Position numbers and translations under genes: made by a program
Notes under the pieces: model-generated
The model's database searches: none
Seen by the model: the letters and a program-made list of their open reading frames with translations, nothing else
Told to the model about the DNA's origin: nothing
Part shown: positions 24,463-30,000 of the stretch, piece by piece
How positions within the stretch are numbered: the stretch's first letter is position 1
How the letters are laid out: every line of letters begins with the position of its first letter
NCBI GenBank assembly: GCA_044225415.1
Contig: JBGAIO010000007.1
Coordinates: forward strand, 11,624-41,623
Reading direction: 5' to 3'
Length of the DNA stretch: 30,000 nt
From: Burkholderiaceae bacterium
Lineage (GTDB): Bacteria; Pseudomonadota; Gammaproteobacteria; Burkholderiales; Burkholderiaceae_F

Positions 24463-25422
24463 TCAGCGGCCCTTCTTCAGTGCCGCGTCGAGTTCTCCGT
24501 ACAGCCTGCGCACTTCGTCGCTCAGCTGGGTCGGAGTTTCCACCTGGATCTGCGCATACAGATCGCCGAAATCACCCGATTTCATCGCCTTGACGCCTTT
24601 GCCGCGCAGGCGGAAACGCCGCCCCGGCTGCGTGCCGGGCGGCACCGTCATCGTCACGTGGCCGGTCAGCGTCGGCACTTCGACCTCGCCGCCGAGCGCC
24701 GCGGTCGGCTGGCTGATGGTCACGCGCGTCACCAGGTCGTCGCCTTCGCGATCGAAGCGCGGGTCGGCATCGATGTGGATCTGCACCAGCACGTCGCCCG
24801 GCGGGCCGCCGTTGCCGCCGGGCTGGCCCTTGCCGGCGACGCGCACCTTCTGGCCGTCGCGGATGCCCGCGGGAATCTTCACTTCCAGCGTGCGCGTACC
24901 GTCGCCGCCGTCGCCGGGAACGGTGATGTGCGTATCGAAGCCCTCGGCCGCCTGCTGCAGCGACACGTTCATGCGATAGGCGACGTCGGCGCCCTTGCGC
25001 GTGCGCGGTGCGCCGCGGCGCGTGCCGCTGAAACCGCCGCCGCCGAACAAGCCTTCGAACAGATCCTCGGGGTTGCCTTCGAAGTGGAAGCCCGCGGCAT
25101 CGCCGCCGCCGCCACTGCCGCCGCGCGCCTGCCTGAACATCTCCGAGAAATCGAAACCCTGCCCGCCGCCGGCGGCGGCGCCCGCCGCCATCGATGGATC
25201 GATGCCGGCATGGCCGAAGCGATCGTAGGCCGCGCGCTTCTCCTTGTCGGACAGCGCGTCGTAGGCTTCCTGCACTTCCTTGAACTTCGACTCGGCGTCC
25301 TTCTGACCCTTGTTGCGGTCAGGGTGGTACTTCATCGCGAGCTTGCGATACGCCTTCTTGATGTCGGCATCGGACGCGCCCTTGGCCACGCCCAGGATGT
25401 CGTAGTAGTCGCGCTTCGCCAT
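24463..25422 (-). CDS. Class II J-domain co-chaperone (CbpA-like; DnaJ architecture without the zinc-finger domain)
   Basis: 319 aa. J domain: [10 protein letters not shown]...[14 protein letters not shown]...[12 protein letters not shown]. Long G/F region, then C-terminal domains collinear with the adjacent DnaJ ([12 protein letters not shown] in both). No cysteine at all where DnaJ has its four CxxCxGxG repeats. Confidence 0.9.
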   Translation of the reverse strand: MAKRDYYDILGVAKGASDADIKKAYRKLAMKYHPDRNKGQKDAESKFKEVQEAYDALSDKEKRAAYDRFGHAGIDPSMAAGAAAGGGQGFDFSEMFRQARGGSGGGGDAAGFHFEGNPEDLFEGLFGGGGFSGTRRGAPRTRKGADVAYRMNVSLQQAAEGFDTHITVPGDGGDGTRTLEVKIPAGIRDGQKVRVAGKGQPGGNGGPPGDVLVQIHIDADPRFDREGDDLVTRVTISQPTAALGGEVEVPTLTGHVTMTVPPGTQPGRRFRLRGKGVKAMKSGDFGDLYAQIQVETPTQLSDEVRRLYGELDAALKKGR

Positions 25423-25508
25423 CGTTGTCTATGCGATCTCTTCAACGCAAACGCCGGGTGAGGCGTTGCAGCCTGCACCCGGCGGTTGTTGCGTACCTGC
25501 CTTCAGTC

Positions 25509-27422
<1,914 letters not shown>

Positions 27423-27492
27423 GTGTTCCCCCTGTCCTGTCTCTGTCATGCGTGCCGCGCTGCGCGGCGACGCTGAATCGTTCAATGCCAGC

Positions 27493-27520
27493 TATATGTG
27501 CGCGTCGCGCCCTGTTTCAA
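27493..27520 (-). promoter_or_regulatory. Sigma32 (RpoH)-type heat-shock promoter upstream of dnaK: aTTGAAA-N13-gCACATAT
   Basis: Minus strand reads tcaTTGAAAcagggcgcgacgcgCACATATAg, compared with the E. coli consensus CTTGAAA-N13/14-CCCCATNT. About 70 nt upstream of the dnaK ATG. Confidence 0.5.
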
Positions 27521-27531
27521 TGACGCAACAG

Positions 27532-28077
27532 CTATTTCGACACGACCACCAGCGCCGGTCGCAGCACACGCTCGGCGATGGTCCAGCCCTTCTGCAGCAC
27601 GGTGACCACGTGATTGGCCGGCAGCTGCGCGGTGGCGGGCACGGCCGAGATCGCCTGATGGAAGTGCGGATCGAACTTCTGCCCGACCGGGTTGATCTCG
27701 GCGAGCGCGTTCTTCTCGAAGGCGGCGCGCAGCTGGCGCAACGTCAGTTCGGCGCCCTCGCGCACCTGCGCGGCCGTGGCGTCCTTCGCTTCGAGCGCCT
27801 TTTCAAGACTGTCCACCACCGGCACCAGCGCTTCTGCAAAGCCCTCGATGGCGAACTTGTGCGCCTTCGCGACGTCTTCCAGGCCGCGGCGGCGGATGTT
27901 GTCGGCATCGGCCTTCGCACGCACGTACAGGTCGTAGTTTTCGCTGGCCTTGGCCAGCGCCGCGTCGAGCTGCTGCTCGACTTCGGCAACGCTCGCCGAA
28001 CCCAGCGCCGGTTGTTCAGTGGTCGGCGCCGCGGTATCGATGGTTTCGGCCGCTCCGCCGGGACCCGGGTCGTGCAT
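27532..28077 (-). CDS. grpE: Nucleotide exchange factor GrpE
   Basis: 181 aa with GGAGGA 3 nt upstream. Typical GrpE core: [14 protein letters not shown]...[10 protein letters not shown]...[16 protein letters not shown]. Confidence 0.95.
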   Translation of the reverse strand: MHDPGPGGAAETIDTAAPTTEQPALGSASVAEVEQQLDAALAKASENYDLYVRAKADADNIRRRGLEDVAKAHKFAIEGFAEALVPVVDSLEKALEAKDATAAQVREGAELTLRQLRAAFEKNALAEINPVGQKFDPHFHQAISAVPATAQLPANHVVTVLQKGWTIAERVLRPALVVVSK

Positions 28078-28119
28078 GACTCCTCCGTGCTTTCTACTTT
28101 GTATTCAGTAACTTAGACC

Positions 28120-28147
28120 ATCTGTGGGCGGATCGTCCGAATTCAAG
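28120..28147 (-). promoter_or_regulatory. Sigma32-type heat-shock promoter upstream of grpE: CTTGAAT-N13-CCACAGAT
   Basis: Minus strand reads cgCTTGAATtcggacgatccgcCCACAGATgg. The -10 lies about 43 nt upstream of the grpE ATG. Confidence 0.5.
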
Positions 28148-28304
28148 CGAGGCGCGCGGTTTTTTCCGTCGATGCCGACCTTTGTTTCCGCCTCCCGTAT
28201 CTGTCATGGGTACGGATGAGCGGTAGCACGAGCGTCCTCGCGGTATCGTGGGATCCGATGAGCTTCCGTGCAAGGCACGGCGCCAGTACAAATCATCCAC
28301 CTCC

Positions 28305-28688
28305 ATGCCGAGCTTCGAGCACGCAATGTCGAGCACGACCTCCGACGAACAGACGCACACCCGCGCCCATGGTGAAACCTTCGGCGCGCAGGCGCCGATC
28401 GCGCTGCTGGGCCTGGGCGCGATCGCGGTCATCGCGCTGATCAACCTCAGCGGCCGGCCGGCAGCGGCCATGCCCGACAGTACGGCGGCCATGGCCTGCA
28501 CGCAGTCGAGCTGCGGCACCGTGATCGCGGTCCGGCGCTCCGCGCACTCGTCGCCCGTCTATTTCGTCGAAGTGCAGATGCTCGACGGCTCCACGCGGGT
28601 GGTGGAGCAACTGGCGGCGGGCTTCAAGGTCGGCGACGTGGTGCTGGTCAACGGCAACGCGCTGTCGCTTCGGCCGCAGGCGTCCTGA
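28305..28688 (+). CDS. Small single-pass membrane protein of unknown function (CX4CG motif plus a beta-rich C-terminal domain)
   Basis: ORF 28248..28688. Start uncertain: GTG 28248, ATG 28305 or ATG 28326. Third-position G+C is very high by hand inspection, which supports coding. One TM helix (APIALLGLGAIAVIALINL), then CTQSSCGTVIAV...YFVEVQMLDGSTRVV...VGDVVLVNG. Confidence 0.7.
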   Translation: MPSFEHAMSSTTSDEQTHTRAHGETFGAQAPIALLGLGAIAVIALINLSGRPAAAMPDSTAAMACTQSSCGTVIAVRRSAHSSPVYFVEVQMLDGSTRVVEQLAAGFKVGDVVLVNGNALSLRPQAS

Positions 28689-28706
28689 CGCGGCGACCGC
28701 CGCGTC
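28687..28706. terminator. Stem-loop GACGCGGCG-ac-CGCCGCGTC between convergent genes, followed on the plus strand by a T-rich stretch
   Basis: Read directly. It overlaps the TGA of the plus-strand gene and lies 16 nt from the hemH stop. Downstream sequence: ggttcatcttcccttctaggtttt. Confidence 0.5.
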
Positions 28707-28721
28707 GGTTCATCTTCCCTT

Positions 28722-29834
28722 CTAGGTTTTCGCTCCGAGCGCGCGGGCGCGCGGCGGGCTCTCCGCTGCCTCGGCGGCGCGCGCTTCCTGCTCGCCGCGT
28801 GTCACCGGCCAGCCCTGCATGTGCGCCGTCGCCAGGTCTGCGAGCGCGTGGATGAACGACGGCGAGTCGTTGACGCAGGGGATGTAGCGATACTCGCGGC
28901 CGCCGGCGCCGAGGAAGGTGTCCCGCACTTCCATCGCGATTTCCTCCAGCGTTTCCAGGCAGTCGGCCGGAAAACCCGGGCACATGATGTCGATCGTCTT
29001 CACGCCGTCGCGCGCCAGCTGCTCGACGGTCGGCGCGGTGTACGGCTGCAGCCACTCCGCGCGGCCGAAGCGCGACTGGAAGGTGACCAGCGCTTCATCG
29101 TCGCGCAGGCCGAGCGCCTGCGTCAGCAGCCGCGCCGTCTTGCGGCATTCGCAGTGATACGGGTCGCCCAGGTCGAGCGTGCGCCGCGGCACGCCGTGAA
29201 AGCTCATCACCAGCTTGCCGCCGCTGTCCTGCGCGCGCCCGTGGCGCTGCCAGTGCGCACGCACCGAGTCGGCCAGCGCGGCGATGTAGCCGGCGTCGTC
29301 GTGGAAGTGGCGCACCCAGCGCACCTCCGGCACGTTGCGAACGGTCTTCCAGTGATCGAACAGCGCGTCGAGCGCCGACGCCGTGGTGGTGCCCGAATAC
29401 TGCGGATACATCGGCAGGACCAGGATGCGCTCGACGCGGCGCGCCGCCAGTTCATTCAGCACCACGGGAATGGCCGGTTCGCCATAGCGCATCGCGAGCG
29501 CGACGTCGACGTCGATACCGCGCGCACCCAGGTAGCCGCGCAGCAGCATGGCCTGCTGCTGCGAGTGCACCAGCAGCGGCGAGCCTGCGGGCGTCCAGAT
29601 CTTCGCGTACTTGGCGGCCGACTGCTGCGGGCGCAGCCGCAGGATCACGCCGTGCAGGATCGGCAGCCAGACGGCGCGCGGGATCTCCACCACGCGCGGG
29701 TCGGACAGGAACTCGCGCAGGTAGTCGCGCACCGCGCCGGTCTCCGCGGCCGCGGGCGTGCCAAGGTTGACGAGCAGCACCGCCGTGCGCGACGGCACGC
29801 CGTGCGTGTGCGCGGGTTCCTTCAGAAAGGCCAT
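28722..29834 (-). CDS. hemH: Ferrochelatase
   Basis: 370 aa. VLLVNLGTP, LPMYPQYSGTTT, MSFHGVP and CPGFPADCLETLEEI are ferrochelatase signatures. Confidence 0.95.
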   Translation of the reverse strand: MAFLKEPAHTHGVPSRTAVLLVNLGTPAAAETGAVRDYLREFLSDPRVVEIPRAVWLPILHGVILRLRPQQSAAKYAKIWTPAGSPLLVHSQQQAMLLRGYLGARGIDVDVALAMRYGEPAIPVVLNELAARRVERILVLPMYPQYSGTTTASALDALFDHWKTVRNVPEVRWVRHFHDDAGYIAALADSVRAHWQRHGRAQDSGGKLVMSFHGVPRRTLDLGDPYHCECRKTARLLTQALGLRDDEALVTFQSRFGRAEWLQPYTAPTVEQLARDGVKTIDIMCPGFPADCLETLEEIAMEVRDTFLGAGGREYRYIPCVNDSPSFIHALADLATAHMQGWPVTRGEQEARAAEAAESPPRARALGAKT

Positions 29835-29913
29835 GAAGCTTCCGATGCGGCACCCATCGCCGCGAGCGCCGCATTCTAGTGGCGCATGGCCGACCGCACT
29901 CGGCGTGCGCGGC

Positions 29914-30000
29914 TCAGGACTGCGACAGCGCGTTGGACAACAGCTTCGCCGTGATGTCGACGATGGGAATCACGCGCTCGTAGGCCATGCGCGTGGGGCC
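29914..30000 (-). CDS. hrcA: Heat-inducible transcription repressor HrcA, C-terminal 28 codons only (5' part beyond the right edge)
   Basis: From my own translation of the minus strand: GPTRMAYERVIPIVDITAKLLSNALSQS-stop. The GPxRMxY...V motif is the conserved HrcA C-terminus. hrcA near grpE-dnaK is common synteny. Confidence 0.8.
   Translation of the reverse strand, partial: GPTRMAYERVIPIVDITAKLLSNALSQS

Noticed and set aside
27454-27468. GCCGCGC-t-GCGCGGC inverted repeat in the dnaK 5' leader (possible RNA thermometer or grpE terminator)
   Set aside because: The 1-nt loop makes the full stem impossible. It is not adjacent to the RBS and has no U-tract. It lies downstream of the predicted dnaK promoter, so it cannot be a grpE terminator.
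27423-28304. Search for the CIRCE (HrcA operator) upstream of grpE and dnaK
   Set aside because: No TTAGCACTC-N9-GAGTGCTAA-like sequence is present in either leader. Only sigma32-like promoters were found.

Overview
High-GC bacterial chromosomal segment. Gene content and order look betaproteobacterial, probably Burkholderiales-like; that is an inference from synteny and repeat type, with no search run. I can support 27 protein-coding genes, one of them disrupted, and almost all lie on the minus strand. Right third: a heat-shock locus, hrcA (3' end only), hemH, a small divergent membrane protein, grpE, dnaK, an extra J-protein lacking the zinc finger, then dnaJ. Sigma32-like promoters sit before grpE and dnaK. 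Middle: a tightly coupled cluster of a GntR regulator, a TRAP transporter (dctPQM), an FAD oxidoreductase, a crotonase and a fused class I CoA-transferase. This is the best candidate for an uncharacterised system, a catabolic module for an unidentified carboxylate. Further left: a Tat-exported dienelactone hydrolase, a ZIP metal transporter with an apparent compensated double frameshift, sseA, an EamA/DMT transporter, xseB-ispA-dxs plus a GATase1 gene, a small secreted or lipoprotein gene, yajQ, murB and an S9 peptidase. The left ~2.3 kb is visibly lower in GC. It carries a VOC-GNAT fusion gene, a disrupted TIGR02594-type cell-wall hydrolase gene and an edge-truncated lipoprotein gene. REP-like palindromic units occur in two intergenic regions. 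I recognised no rRNA, tRNA, CRISPR array, transposase, integrase or known defence gene. The many long plus-strand ORFs in the track are antisense shadow ORFs typical of high-GC DNA. No classic novel system such as a defence island is evident, and the findings are graded accordingly.
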